Assembly: GCA_964612675.1 (NCBI GenBank)
Contig: CAZTDD010000002.1
Coordinates: 138,461-202,460, forward strand
Length of the DNA stretch: 64,000 bases
Direction: 5' to 3'
Source of the DNA: an uncultured bacterium
GTDB lineage: Bacteria; Hinthialibacterota; Hinthialibacteria; Hinthialibacterales; JAKPRU01
The notes under the pieces were generated by a model, which saw only the letters and a program-made list of their open reading frames with translations, did no database searches and was not told the DNA's origin. The position numbers and the translations under genes are program-made. Of the stretch, positions 41,450 through 51,451 are shown piece after piece (within the stretch, counting starts at the first letter, position 1; each line of letters begins with the position of its first letter).

Positions 41450-41883
41450 TTTCCACCTTTTGCCTTCTTCGCCCTGGCAGTGAGTTGTTTCATATATTCG
41501 TCAAACTCGTTAAGGTCGATTGCCTTATAAGGAATTATAACATCCGGCATCTCGTCGGGCGAAATCTTGTCAATGATTGCTGTGATTCGTTTGCCGAGTA
41601 TCCAGGCTGCCCCGATTTCCGTCAAAACCCAAGGTCGCTGGATGGAGCAAGGGGTCAATAATACAAGAAACTCATCGCAGCCGCGGATACTTTTCCGTAT
41701 CGATTCTGGTATCGAGTCTCCTCCTTCTATGTCTTTCTCATCGAGGAAAGTCTTCGCCCCGTATCTTCGGATTTTTCTTTCTATCTCACCGGCAATTTGT
41801 TTAGCGATCCAGCGGTCGGCTGTGGAGTGGCTGATGAAAACCGTGTATCTGCGTGCGGTTGCTTTATTGGTAGTCCTTGCCAT
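41446..41883 (-). CDS. TIR-domain-only protein (145 aa)
   Basis: VFISHSTADRWIAKQI...FLVLLTPCSIQRPWVLTEIGAAW TIR_2 signature; ATGA overlap with the downstream TIR gene; low GC. Confidence 0.7.
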   Translation of the reverse strand: MARTTNKATARRYTVFISHSTADRWIAKQIAGEIERKIRRYGAKTFLDEKDIEGGDSIPESIRKSIRGCDEFLVLLTPCSIQRPWVLTEIGAAWILGKRITAIIDKISPDEMPDVIIPYKAIDLNEFDEYMKQLTARAKKAKGGK

Positions 41884-42100
41884 CGCTGTCAGATCTCCGA
41901 GGATCTACTGTGCAAACGACTAGTATTTCATTTTAGAACAGATCACAAGGTCGTCAAGTTGAAGGACTATTTCAGAGAGGCAATTCCACCCACTCGTCAT
42001 CGCAACAGGTCTCGACTGGTTGACATGCCTTCTCCAGCGCATGCAGATCTCCTATCCTCTTTTCATCGTGTAAAATAGTCGGACATAAGGGAGTTTTTCC

Positions 42101-43105
42101 ATGATTGAGACATATGCATACGCTCGCGCAGGCCTTATCGGGAATCCATCGGACGGTTACTACGGAAAGACGATCTCCATTATCGTTGGCAATTTTCGGG
42201 CACGTGTGTTGTGCTATCCGTCCGCAAACCTCGAAATCAAGCCCAGTGCGATTGATATCCCCGTATTTCGTTCGTTGGATTCGCTGCGTAGACGTGTGAC
42301 TCAATACGGCTATTACGGCGGTGTCCGTTTGTTAATGGCCACGATCAAGAAATTCACGGATTACTGCGAAAACGAAGGCATCGAACTGCCGAATCGGAAC
42401 TTCACTCTGGAGTATGAATCGAACATCCCAGCCCGGGTCGGCCTCGCCGGTTCCAGTGCGATTATCACCGCGACCATGCGTGCCCTGCGTGCCTTCTACA
42501 ACGTCGATATCCCGAAACATATCCAACCGAACTATGTGCTGAGTGCTGAAATCGATGAATTGGGGATTGCGGCGGGGTTGCAAGACCGCGTCATCCAGAC
42601 CTACGAAGGCATGGTCTTCATGAATTTCGCGCGAGAGATCATGGAAAAGCAGGGCCACGGCGACTACGAGGAGCTGGATCCGACAAATCTTCCGCCGTTG
42701 TTTGTAGCCTATCAAGCCGATTTATCAGAAGGATCCGAGATAGTCCACAGCAACCTGCGTGAGCGATTCCAGCGCGGCGACAAGGATGTCGTGGACGCGA
42801 TGAAACGGTTTGGTGAGATCACCGAAGAAGCGAAAATCGCGATCACGGAGGCCGATCACAAACGTCTCAGTGGGTTGATCAACGAGAACTTCGATCTACG
42901 TGCGTCGATTGTCAAATTGAAGCAAGAGGACAAAGAACTCGTGGAGCGGGCTCGGCGAATCGGCGCCAGCTCGAAATTCGCCGGTTCCGGCGGAGCGGTG
43001 ATCGGGACCTTCGATGGAACCGATGAGATGCTGCAGAAACTTGTCGACACGTACAAGGAAATCGGCGCCGAGGTGGTTGTCCCAAAAGTACTGAAGACAA
43101 ATTGA
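42101..43105 (+). CDS. GHMP-family sugar kinase (glucuronokinase-like)
   Basis: N-terminal AYARAGLIGNPSDGYYGKTIS and GHMP motif PARVGLAGSSAIITA. Confidence 0.6.
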   Translation: MIETYAYARAGLIGNPSDGYYGKTISIIVGNFRARVLCYPSANLEIKPSAIDIPVFRSLDSLRRRVTQYGYYGGVRLLMATIKKFTDYCENEGIELPNRNFTLEYESNIPARVGLAGSSAIITATMRALRAFYNVDIPKHIQPNYVLSAEIDELGIAAGLQDRVIQTYEGMVFMNFAREIMEKQGHGDYEELDPTNLPPLFVAYQADLSEGSEIVHSNLRERFQRGDKDVVDAMKRFGEITEEAKIAITEADHKRLSGLINENFDLRASIVKLKQEDKELVERARRIGASSKFAGSGGAVIGTFDGTDEMLQKLVDTYKEIGAEVVVPKVLKTN

Positions 43106-43210
43106 AAAGGACTGAAGACAAATTAGAAGGTTCTGAAGACGAACTGCAAAGTGCTGAAGATGAACTGAGAGGTTCTGAAGACGAACTGAAAAGTGCTGAA
43201 GACAAACTGA
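43085..43210. repeat. Six tandem 21-bp units (ARGTNCTGAAGACRAANTGNA) starting in the last codons of the GHMP kinase gene
   Basis: Direct reading; units 2-6 lie beyond the stop and four carry an in-frame TGA/TAG. Confidence 0.7.
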
Positions 43211-43303
43211 GTTGTGTTTATTCTTTTCCTCCCCCGAGATCGGGGGAGGTGTAGGAGGGGGTTGTTCAAACGGTCAGAGACGTTGAATGTCACTTCTGCG
43301 AAG

Positions 43304-44482
43304 CTAGTTGCTGCTGTTCGCCTTCTCTCGCGCAGTCTGCAGATTCCTCAAAAACTGTTCGTTCCCCGGATCCAACTGAAGCGCTTTCGAGAAAGCTCCG
43401 TGCGCCTCTTCGTACTTATCTGTGAACATGTAGCAAACCCCCAAGTTGTTCCAATCTCGCGGTGAGTCGGAATCCGCCTCCAACGCCGCACGAACGTGTC
43501 CAAGCGCCGCCCTTGGTTTTTTCGCCCTTAGCAGCAATCCCGCGAGAACGCTGTGCGCAGGACCGAACGTCGGATCGACGGATACGCACTCGGTAAACTG
43601 ACGTATCGCCGACTTCTCGTCTTTCTGTTTCAGGTACGCGATCCCCAATCGATACCAGGCCGCCGGGTTGTCCGGATCCCTGTGTGTCAGAGTCTTAAGG
43701 TCTTTGATGTCGGTGGATTGCTCCTCGATCTCCTTGAATCGCGTGATATGTTCACGGCCTTTATCGCGTTCCCCAAGACGGATTAAAACTTGTCCGAGTG
43801 AGTAATGTGTGGAGGCGTTATCCGAATCGACTTTTAACGCTTTCTGGAGCACATCTCTCGCGTCTTCAAGCTCGTTCATTCTCATCAACGTGCGTCCCAA
43901 GCCTTGATACGCCGGAACTCGGCCCGGTGAACACTCGATCGCTTTCTCGTACGCGTCCCGGGACGCCTCCAGCTCGCCTCGTTCATATTCGACTGTTCCC
44001 AGAAGGTCGAGGGCGGGAGCATGGCGCGGTTCGTATTCGAGCGCCTTGAGCAATATCGTGCGGCATTTGTCTAGATCTTTTGTCTCGTGACGGTGGTACT
44101 TCGCCAGGTATACCGCCGCTTTCACATTCGACGGCTGCAGATCGAGAACGCGTTGAAAACACTTCCCGATGTCGACCCATGTATTTGTCCAGATTGCACA
44201 CTCGCCAAGTCGGAAATGGAGTTCCGGGTTGTCCGGAGCGAGCTGTATTCCCTCTTTGTAAAGCTCCGCCGCTTCGTCGAATCGGTTGCGCGATTCCAGG
44301 CGCTTCCCTTTACTCAGAATGGTATGTACCCGTTCGTACCGTTTTGCTTGTGCGTGATGAAGGTACCCGGCCGCCCCGATTAGGCCGACTACCAGGAGCG
44401 CGACTCCATAATAAAGAAATGTGCGTCGAGATGTTTGCCTGATTGCTTTTGCGGCCTCGCGGATGATGAAGCGTTCGAACAT
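43304..44482 (-). CDS. TPR-repeat protein with N-terminal membrane anchor
   Basis: One TM segment followed by about 8 TPR units. Confidence 0.6.
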   Translation of the reverse strand: MFERFIIREAAKAIRQTSRRTFLYYGVALLVVGLIGAAGYLHHAQAKRYERVHTILSKGKRLESRNRFDEAAELYKEGIQLAPDNPELHFRLGECAIWTNTWVDIGKCFQRVLDLQPSNVKAAVYLAKYHRHETKDLDKCRTILLKALEYEPRHAPALDLLGTVEYERGELEASRDAYEKAIECSPGRVPAYQGLGRTLMRMNELEDARDVLQKALKVDSDNASTHYSLGQVLIRLGERDKGREHITRFKEIEEQSTDIKDLKTLTHRDPDNPAAWYRLGIAYLKQKDEKSAIRQFTECVSVDPTFGPAHSVLAGLLLRAKKPRAALGHVRAALEADSDSPRDWNNLGVCYMFTDKYEEAHGAFSKALQLDPGNEQFLRNLQTAREKANSSN

Positions 44483-44680
44483 GTCGGATGGCTCCCGGTA
44501 TGGGGATAGCGCTCCGGTTTCTAATTGCCGGAATGTGGTTTTCTTTTTGAAGTTAGCACGCCCAGCGCCGGACGGGAACCGGAAGAGCGAGGATGTCCTC
44601 TAACGCTTAGGTTCTCCCTTGAGCGGGGTCAGAGTATGATGTTGCAATTCCGCCGAAGAACCGGCGTGGGAGGTTGTGCA

Positions 44681-45967
44681 ATGGCTCGGTTTGTGGTCGA
44701 AGGTGGCAATCCATTGGGCGGGGAGTTTGTCCCCTCGGGAAATAAGAACGAGGCGCTGCCCGTGCTCAGTGCGTGCCTGATGACGCGTGAAGAAGTTCGT
44801 CTTCAAAATGTCCCGGATATCGGCGATGTCCGGAGTATGTTGATACTCCTGGAGGAGCTTGGTGCCGAGGTCGAGCGGATCAGTCCGCATGAACTCAAAA
44901 TCCGTGCCCGGCATATCGCTGCGACCAGTCTGCCGAAAGATCTGGCGCGTGGTATTCGGGGCTCGATCACGCTTGCCGCACCGCTGCTCTCGCGGTGCGG
45001 TCGTTCACAATTCCCGCAACCTGGAGGAGACCGGATCGGTCGACGGCGTCTGGACACACACCTTTTTGGTTTTCAGGAAATGGGGGTCCACTGTTCCGTT
45101 TCCGCTCATTCTTTTCATCTGTGGTGCGGCCATCGCCTGAAAGGGACCGACATTCTTCTGGACGAGGCCAGCGTTACCGCAACGGAGAACCTGGTCATGG
45201 CCGCCGCCCTGGCGGAAGGAACGACCGTTCTGCGAAATGCCGCGTGTGAACCGAGTGTTCAGCAGCTCTGTCGGTTCTTGAATGCTCTCGGGGCGCAGAT
45301 CTCAGGGATCGGATCCAACGTGCTCACTATTCACGGCGTTGAGGAATTGGGCGGGACTTCTCATCGAATCGGAGCCGACTACATCGAAGTCGGCAGCATG
45401 ATCGGTCTCGCGGCCGTGACCGGCAGCAACATCCTGATCCAAGATACAACATACGACGATCTCCGCATGATTCTCCATCATTTCAATCGCATGGGCATCA
45501 ATGTCGAATTTGAGGGAACCGCGTTACGGGTACCTCCCAACCAGGATCTTGAGGTGCGTCCGGATGTGATGAACGGATTGGCCAAAATCGACGATGCGCC
45601 TTGGCCGGGTTTTCCCGCCGACCTGACGAGCATTGCCGTTGTCGTTGCAACCCAGGCCAAAGGAACCGTCATGGTTTTCGAGAAGATGTATGAGAGCCGT
45701 CTCTTCTTTGTGGACCGTCTCATTGGGATGGGGGCCAATATTATTCTGTGCGATCCACACCGCGCGGTCATCGTGGGGCAGACACAACTGCGGGGCAGCT
45801 CGATCTCCAGTCCCGATATTCGCGCGGGAATGGCGTTGTTAATCGCTTCCCTTTGCGCCGAGGGACAAAGCGTGATTCAAAACATCGAGCAGATCGACCG
45901 TGGCTATGAGTCTCTCGACCAACGCCTCAAAGCCCTCGGTGCCAATATTGAGAGAGAAGAAGACTGA
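44681..45967 (+). CDS. murA: UDP-N-acetylglucosamine 1-carboxyvinyltransferase
   Basis: Full-length MurA fold; active-site loop [14 protein letters not shown] carries Asp in place of the fosfomycin-target Cys; ATG 44681 with GGAGG RBS. Confidence 0.8.
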   Translation: MARFVVEGGNPLGGEFVPSGNKNEALPVLSACLMTREEVRLQNVPDIGDVRSMLILLEELGAEVERISPHELKIRARHIAATSLPKDLARGIRGSITLAAPLLSRCGRSQFPQPGGDRIGRRRLDTHLFGFQEMGVHCSVSAHSFHLWCGHRLKGTDILLDEASVTATENLVMAAALAEGTTVLRNAACEPSVQQLCRFLNALGAQISGIGSNVLTIHGVEELGGTSHRIGADYIEVGSMIGLAAVTGSNILIQDTTYDDLRMILHHFNRMGINVEFEGTALRVPPNQDLEVRPDVMNGLAKIDDAPWPGFPADLTSIAVVVATQAKGTVMVFEKMYESRLFFVDRLIGMGANIILCDPHRAVIVGQTQLRGSSISSPDIRAGMALLIASLCAEGQSVIQNIEQIDRGYESLDQRLKALGANIEREED

Positions 45968-46054
45968 AAGGCCGTCACTTATCACTCATGCCTCGCCACC
46001 GTGCGGCTCGATATGTTATGCTTGTGTGTCCATCACCGCTGCATGGAGGCTTCT

Positions 46055-48907
46055 ATGAGGTGGATTGGCTTTCTGCTGGCATTTTTGCTGGTGGTTAGTG
46101 GGGTGTCTGCAGTAGATCAGGCGGAAATCCTCTATCTGTACGAACGCATGCCGGAGCCGGTTCGATTTGCGGCACTCGAACTGGAGGAGATTTTACGGAA
46201 CAAGGGCTTCATCGTTACCCTGCGCGATGTCCACGGTCCGAGTCCCGCCGACGAGGTATTCCGAGTGACCGTCGGAGACCTGATGGGGAGCCCGCAGCTG
46301 CCGCAACATCCTCTCGCGGCCGACCCGAGAGTACGTTCCGCTTCCCAGGGGAGTTTCGAAATCCGTGTCCGCAAATCCGGGGCGAGCGCAGAAGTCGTGG
46401 TGATCGGTACCGACGCAGCCGGGGCCATGTACGGGCTGCTTGACGTGGCGGAGAAGATCGACGATCAGGGAACGGCGGACGCTCCCCATCGCGCGATCCG
46501 GGACGGTGTTCACCAACCGTTTCTCAGCGTTCGCGGCGCCCAGGTTCTGATTCGCCGTCATGCTCTGCTGGATCCCTGGTCTTGGTTTTACTCGGAGGAG
46601 TTCTGGCAAGGTTTCCTCGATCGACTGGCCCGCGCGCGATTCAACCTGCTTGATCTTCACGGCGTTTACGACATTGTCACCACCCGAACGTACAATATTC
46701 TGCCTTATTTCACTTTTGTGCCTTCCTTCCCGGACGTAGGCCTTGGCGAATTGCAGGCGGAACAGAACGCTCTCATGCTTGAGAGGATTGCAGAGCTTGC
46801 GAGGAGGAGGGGAATCCGTGTTTTCGTTGTCTCTTACCAAGCTTCCTGGTCCATACCGGACCGGCCTCCACCGAACAGAGAAGAGACCGAACAGAATTTG
46901 GGCGAATATACAACTCTCGCATGGGAGCAATTGCTCGAACGCTGCCCCGACGTAAACGGTTTCGGTGTGCGTGTCGGCGAATCGGGGCGCGGCGTGTTGT
47001 TCTATAAACGATATGTCGTCCCCGTGCTCAACCGCAGCGAGTCAAATCACCCGCTTGTTTTGCGAAGTTGGCTTTTGTCCAAAGAAGACATTCATACCAT
47101 CGGCGAAGACCACAAAGGGGCCTTCGCCGTCGAGGTGAAATTCAACGGCGACTTTCTCGGTCTACCGTATCAGGTCACCGGCGGCCGAGTTTCTGAATGG
47201 CCGGAATACACGTATCGGGACCTACTCTCTTACCCAAGAGAATACGATGTGATTTTCGACGTACGCGCCGGCGGCGATCACCGGGTTTTCCCATGGGTGG
47301 ACATTGACTCGGTTCGGCGTACTGTTGAAATGTGCCGATTGGGCGGCGCTTTCGGGATGTCGCTACAACCCATTGGCGCTTACGGCGCGGTATCGGACAC
47401 GTTTTCCAACACGGTATACGAGAACCTCGCGTATTGGACATGGACCTACGAGCGAGATTGGTTCTGGTGGACGGTTTGGGGACGTCTGGCTTACCAGCCG
47501 GACTTGCCGCGAGAGATATTCGAGTACCATTTTCAGCGGCACTTTCCTTTCCTACCTCCGACTTACGTACGTTCGACTTTGCAGGCGCTCGAAGGGGCTT
47601 CGAAGGTTGTCCCCGCGATTTACGCTACCAGCTGTCTCGGTCCGGACCGTCGCAACATGGCTCCGGAACTTGAAACGGCGGCAACCGTGGCGGACCTCTA
47701 CGAAGCCGTCACCCCGTTCGATAACACCATCACGCAAAGCATCTACGAGTTATCGACGCACGAGGCGGAGGGGACGCCGTCCGGCAAACAGTCCCCCATT
47801 CGTATCTTGGAACGAGCGGTTAACGCGGCGGAGCGCGCGGTGGGCTCGTTTATCGAGGTAATGGAACTTCGTCCGCCGCCCACGATCGGTAGCGCGGATG
47901 TTCGGGTTACACCGCTTGAGAGGAGGCGTTGGAAAGAACTCGCCGCGCGACAGCTGGACGTCGAGGCGCTTCAATACCTTGGCCGGTATCATCTGGCGAA
48001 AAACCGCAGCGCCCATAATCTGGGGCTGTATCGTTTGACAGGGAGTTATCGCCATCTGTTGACCGCAGATGAACTTGTCCGCTCATCAAGCCATGAATGG
48101 ATGGCCCTGACGGGAGTGAGCGAGCGAAGATACCGGCCTTTCCCGGACACGCTCCGGATGCGGACGACTCAATTTCATTGGCTTGATCAGATTCCCGAGT
48201 TGGATGAAGACCGCCGTGGCATCGATCAGGATCTGGCTGACTGGAAAAAACTGGCGAGAAGCCTGGAATGGCGTCCGTCCTTCGGCCATGTGCCGCCCGG
48301 CAAATCGCCTCCCGGTGAGCCACTGACTCTCTATTTGAGCATTCCCAGCACCGTTCCCGTAAAGGGCCTCAGAATGAGATATCGAAACAGCGTCGGACAG
48401 GGCGGGCTTATTGACGCGCAGAAATCGGATATCCCCGACACCTATCGTGTCGATATCCCCGGCGAAGCCCTAACCGAAGGACTTTTCGAGTATTTCTTCT
48501 CAGGAGAGATCGGGGGACATCTTCTCGATTCGAAGTCTTTGATGAGTGGCCGATACTATCGATTGTATGTTACCCGCGATGAAGAACCGCCGCGAATTAT
48601 CCGGCTGCAGGAACAGATAACGGAAGAGCACGACAACTTGGTGGTGGTATTCGATATCTCCGACTCTTCAGGAATCGGCAAAGTCCGCCTCTGGTGGAAG
48701 CCGTTTCCGGCAAGTGCGACCTGGGAGACAGTCGTCCTATCGGGTAAAGCGACGACATTCGCGGGCAACGTTCCTCTTACGCCGGAAGGAGCGATGTATT
48801 TTGTCGAGGCGATCGACACGGTTGGAAACGCCACGACTCTCCCCAATCCGGATTTTGAGACGCCCTTCTGGATCATCGAGCCGTGGCAGGCTGCGAAACA
48901 AGAGTGA
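46055..48907 (+). CDS. Large secreted hypothetical protein (possible glycosidase-like TIM-barrel region)
   Basis: Signal peptide MRWIGFLLAFLLVVSGVSA; 950 aa; no confident family assignment; antisense 245-aa ORF judged artefactual. Confidence 0.35.
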   Translation: MRWIGFLLAFLLVVSGVSAVDQAEILYLYERMPEPVRFAALELEEILRNKGFIVTLRDVHGPSPADEVFRVTVGDLMGSPQLPQHPLAADPRVRSASQGSFEIRVRKSGASAEVVVIGTDAAGAMYGLLDVAEKIDDQGTADAPHRAIRDGVHQPFLSVRGAQVLIRRHALLDPWSWFYSEEFWQGFLDRLARARFNLLDLHGVYDIVTTRTYNILPYFTFVPSFPDVGLGELQAEQNALMLERIAELARRRGIRVFVVSYQASWSIPDRPPPNREETEQNLGEYTTLAWEQLLERCPDVNGFGVRVGESGRGVLFYKRYVVPVLNRSESNHPLVLRSWLLSKEDIHTIGEDHKGAFAVEVKFNGDFLGLPYQVTGGRVSEWPEYTYRDLLSYPREYDVIFDVRAGGDHRVFPWVDIDSVRRTVEMCRLGGAFGMSLQPIGAYGAVSDTFSNTVYENLAYWTWTYERDWFWWTVWGRLAYQPDLPREIFEYHFQRHFPFLPPTYVRSTLQALEGASKVVPAIYATSCLGPDRRNMAPELETAATVADLYEAVTPFDNTITQSIYELSTHEAEGTPSGKQSPIRILERAVNAAERAVGSFIEVMELRPPPTIGSADVRVTPLERRRWKELAARQLDVEALQYLGRYHLAKNRSAHNLGLYRLTGSYRHLLTADELVRSSSHEWMALTGVSERRYRPFPDTLRMRTTQFHWLDQIPELDEDRRGIDQDLADWKKLARSLEWRPSFGHVPPGKSPPGEPLTLYLSIPSTVPVKGLRMRYRNSVGQGGLIDAQKSDIPDTYRVDIPGEALTEGLFEYFFSGEIGGHLLDSKSLMSGRYYRLYVTRDEEPPRIIRLQEQITEEHDNLVVVFDISDSSGIGKVRLWWKPFPASATWETVVLSGKATTFAGNVPLTPEGAMYFVEAIDTVGNATTLPNPDFETPFWIIEPWQAAKQE

Positions 48908-48938
48908 ATACCGCCGGATCGGCTAACTGAGATACCTC

Positions 48939-49997
48939 TCAGAACTTCCCGTCGCGGGCCTCAAAATGAGTCGGTTTGTTTAACGTTGCACCGTCTGTCA
49001 GCACCCAATAGGCCGCCCATTCCACTACCTGTTCCAGCGGCACGGTCGGGTAGCCAAACAATTTGTGCGATTCCGCCGCATTGCTCAACAGCGCGGTGTC
49101 GGATTCCGTTCCTTCAAAAACAGGCTCACGGTCCATTAATTCGCCGAGCCGAGTTGCCAGCCACCGGATGGACATCGTCTCCGGGCCGGTAATGTTCAAC
49201 ACTCGCGGGGGCGATTGGCACAGACCGAATGACCGGATGACACGGGCGTTTGCGTCACCCTGCCAGATAACATTTGCATTTCCCATGGCTAGATCGATCG
49301 GGATCCCGGCATGAACCTTCTGCGCGATGTCAATCACGATGCCGTACCGGAGCTCAATCGCGTAGTTCAACCGGAATATCAGAGCTTTCGTTCCGTACTG
49401 ACGGGAATAATGCTCGAACATCCGTTCACGTCCGAGGCAGGATTGAGCGTATTCGCCTACAGGCGCCGGTGTCGTTTGTTCCGTCGGGCCGCCGGATTCG
49501 ACCGGGGTGAATGGATAGATATTTCCGGACGAGAAAGCAACGATTCGGGAATCGCGAAACCGCTCGGCTACCAATCCGGGAAGAAAAGTATTGATCGTCC
49601 AGGTGAGATACTCCGCCCCGGTCGACCCGAATTTTCGCCCCACCATGAATACGACGTTCTGTACATCGGGAAGGCCGTCCAGCGCGTTCCGATCCAGGAG
49701 ATCGCATGGGATCGTCTCGATTCCTGCTGATTCCAGTCGCTGTCGTGCTTCCGTGTCGGGAAAGACATCAACGCCGATAACCCGCTTCTTGACACCGGCT
49801 TCCTCGCAGGCGCGTCTGGCAAGCCCGGCCAATGTCGGTCCCATTTTCCCGCCGACGCCCAGGATGAGCAGGTCGCCTTCCAGCCTGGAAACAGCCTGCG
49901 TTACCGACGGCTCAGGCCGGGTAAGTCTTTCTTCCAGTTCTTCGACGGAGTGAATGGGCGGACCCGAGAATCTCGACAAATTGACTTGCACGCTCAT
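48939..49997 (-). CDS. NAD(P)-binding Rossmann-fold epimerase/dehydratase-family protein
   Basis: LILGVGGKMGPTLAG dinucleotide-binding motif and SDR-extended-like length. Confidence 0.5.
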   Translation of the reverse strand: MSVQVNLSRFSGPPIHSVEELEERLTRPEPSVTQAVSRLEGDLLILGVGGKMGPTLAGLARRACEEAGVKKRVIGVDVFPDTEARQRLESAGIETIPCDLLDRNALDGLPDVQNVVFMVGRKFGSTGAEYLTWTINTFLPGLVAERFRDSRIVAFSSGNIYPFTPVESGGPTEQTTPAPVGEYAQSCLGRERMFEHYSRQYGTKALIFRLNYAIELRYGIVIDIAQKVHAGIPIDLAMGNANVIWQGDANARVIRSFGLCQSPPRVLNITGPETMSIRWLATRLGELMDREPVFEGTESDTALLSNAAESHKLFGYPTVPLEQVVEWAAYWVLTDGATLNKPTHFEARDGKF

Positions 49998-50190
49998 GGG
50001 TTCCTCCTGTACGGTACCGGTTCCGGGTCACCCACCAACTCTACGACATTCGGATGCGTGGCATCAAGAACAAGCTGCCCTTTTCGGTGTTTTTTTCGCC
50101 TGATTCGTCGAGTTTCCAGACATTGGGCCGATAGATGCTGCGCCCAGCCTTGAATAAGGGGGGTAAGCCGCGCTATTCTTTAAGTTTGTC

Positions 50191-50278
50191 GCCGTCATCG
50201 CGAGCGAATCCTGGCGATCTCTTTTGGTGCTCTTCGCCCCTGAGATTCCCACGTCGCTTCGTTCCTCGGAATGACGGG
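50191..50278. repeat. About 88-bp structured repeat (CCGTCATCGCGAGCGAA...GAGATTCCCACGTCGCT...CCTCGGAATGACGG), copy 1
   Basis: Near-identical copy at 59912-59998; internal and terminal inverted complementarity. Confidence 0.55.
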
Positions 50279-50416
50279 GATAGTGTGGTTGCCAAGTAGA
50301 GTGTAGGGTGGGTTAGCGGAGCATAGTAGACAAAACAGTCTCAGCAGCACTGCCTCCGCCGGCGACACGTAACCCACCAACCCGGCTGAACCGTATCTTG
50401 AAAGTGTGGAAGTATT

Positions 50417-50863
50417 ATGAAGCAGAAGACGTTTGTACCCAAAGAGCAGGATATACGACAACCCCGCGATTGGCACCTTGTCGACGCAGACGGTGAGGTT
50501 CTCGGTCGGCTGGCGAGTCAGGTCGCCACCCTTTTGCGGGGCAAGCATAAACCGACGTTCTGTCCGTTCCTGGACTGTGGCGATCAGGTTGTTGTCGTGA
50601 ATGCCGAGAAGATCGTTCTCTCAGGTCGAAAACCCGACCAAAAAGTCTATTATCGCCACAGCGGTTATCCCGGTGGATTGAAACAGATTACTTTTCGTCA
50701 GCTCATGGAAAAGCATCCGGAACGTGCGGTTATGCACGCGGTACAGGGGATGCTTCCCAGAAATCGCCTGGGCCGGAAAATGTTGAAGAAACTGCGGGTT
50801 TACGCAGGGGCCGATCACCCGCACACCGCCCAGAGCCCCAAACCATTCAAATTGTCCCGTTAG
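50417..50863 (+). CDS. rplM: 50S ribosomal protein L13
   Basis: Canonical L13 sequence. Confidence 0.9.
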   Translation: MKQKTFVPKEQDIRQPRDWHLVDADGEVLGRLASQVATLLRGKHKPTFCPFLDCGDQVVVVNAEKIVLSGRKPDQKVYYRHSGYPGGLKQITFRQLMEKHPERAVMHAVQGMLPRNRLGRKMLKKLRVYAGADHPHTAQSPKPFKLSR

Positions 50864-50881
50864 TAGGAGGAGAATCCGGTC

Positions 50882-51283
50882 ATGGAATTGCTTGGACCAT
50901 ATGTTGCACAGGGAATAGGACGTCGCAAGACCTCGATTGCCAGGGTGTATTTGAAGCCTGGAACCGGCGAAGTTACATGCAATGGGCGATCGGTCGCAGA
51001 TTACTTCAGTCGACCGATACTCGAGGAAGTGGCTGTACAAGCGCTGGATCTAGTTCAGCTCAAAGGGAAATATGACGTTGTTGCGCGCCTCTCCGGTGGA
51101 GGACTCACCGGCCAGGCGGGCGCACTGCGTCTGGGGCTCGCACGAGCCCTCATCGAGGTCGATCCCAAATTGAGACGTCCCCTCAAAAAAGCCGGATATC
51201 TCACCCGCGATCCACGCATGGTCGAGCGAAAGAAATACGGTCGTCCCGGTGCTCGCAAACGTTTCCAGTTCTCCAAACGTTGA
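50882..51283 (+). CDS. rpsI: 30S ribosomal protein S9
   Basis: Canonical S9 including C-terminal [11 protein letters not shown]. Confidence 0.9.
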   Translation: MELLGPYVAQGIGRRKTSIARVYLKPGTGEVTCNGRSVADYFSRPILEEVAVQALDLVQLKGKYDVVARLSGGGLTGQAGALRLGLARALIEVDPKLRRPLKKAGYLTRDPRMVERKKYGRPGARKRFQFSKR

Positions 51284-51451
51284 CGGTATTTTCTCCAACA
51301 AGACTACTTTATCCAGGCCGGCTCCACGCCGGCCTGTTTTGTTTAATCTCTTCATTGTCCTTTCGAGCCTGCCTTCTCATGGTTTAGAATCCTTGTAGAG
51401 ATAATGGTTTGAATAGACCCGCCATTCATGTGGCATATCCGGAGGTGTTCC

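Noticed and set aside
41021-41883. Calling the TIR pair a complete Thoeris system
   Set aside because: No ThsA-like SIR2, SLOG or Macro-domain gene is present within the window, so only a Thoeris-like ThsB pair or orphan TIR module can be claimed.
43085-43210. Possible CRISPR array (regular short repeats)
   Set aside because: Units are contiguous 21-bp repeats with no unique spacers between them, and no cas genes occur nearby. This is a tandem minisatellite or iteron array, not CRISPR.
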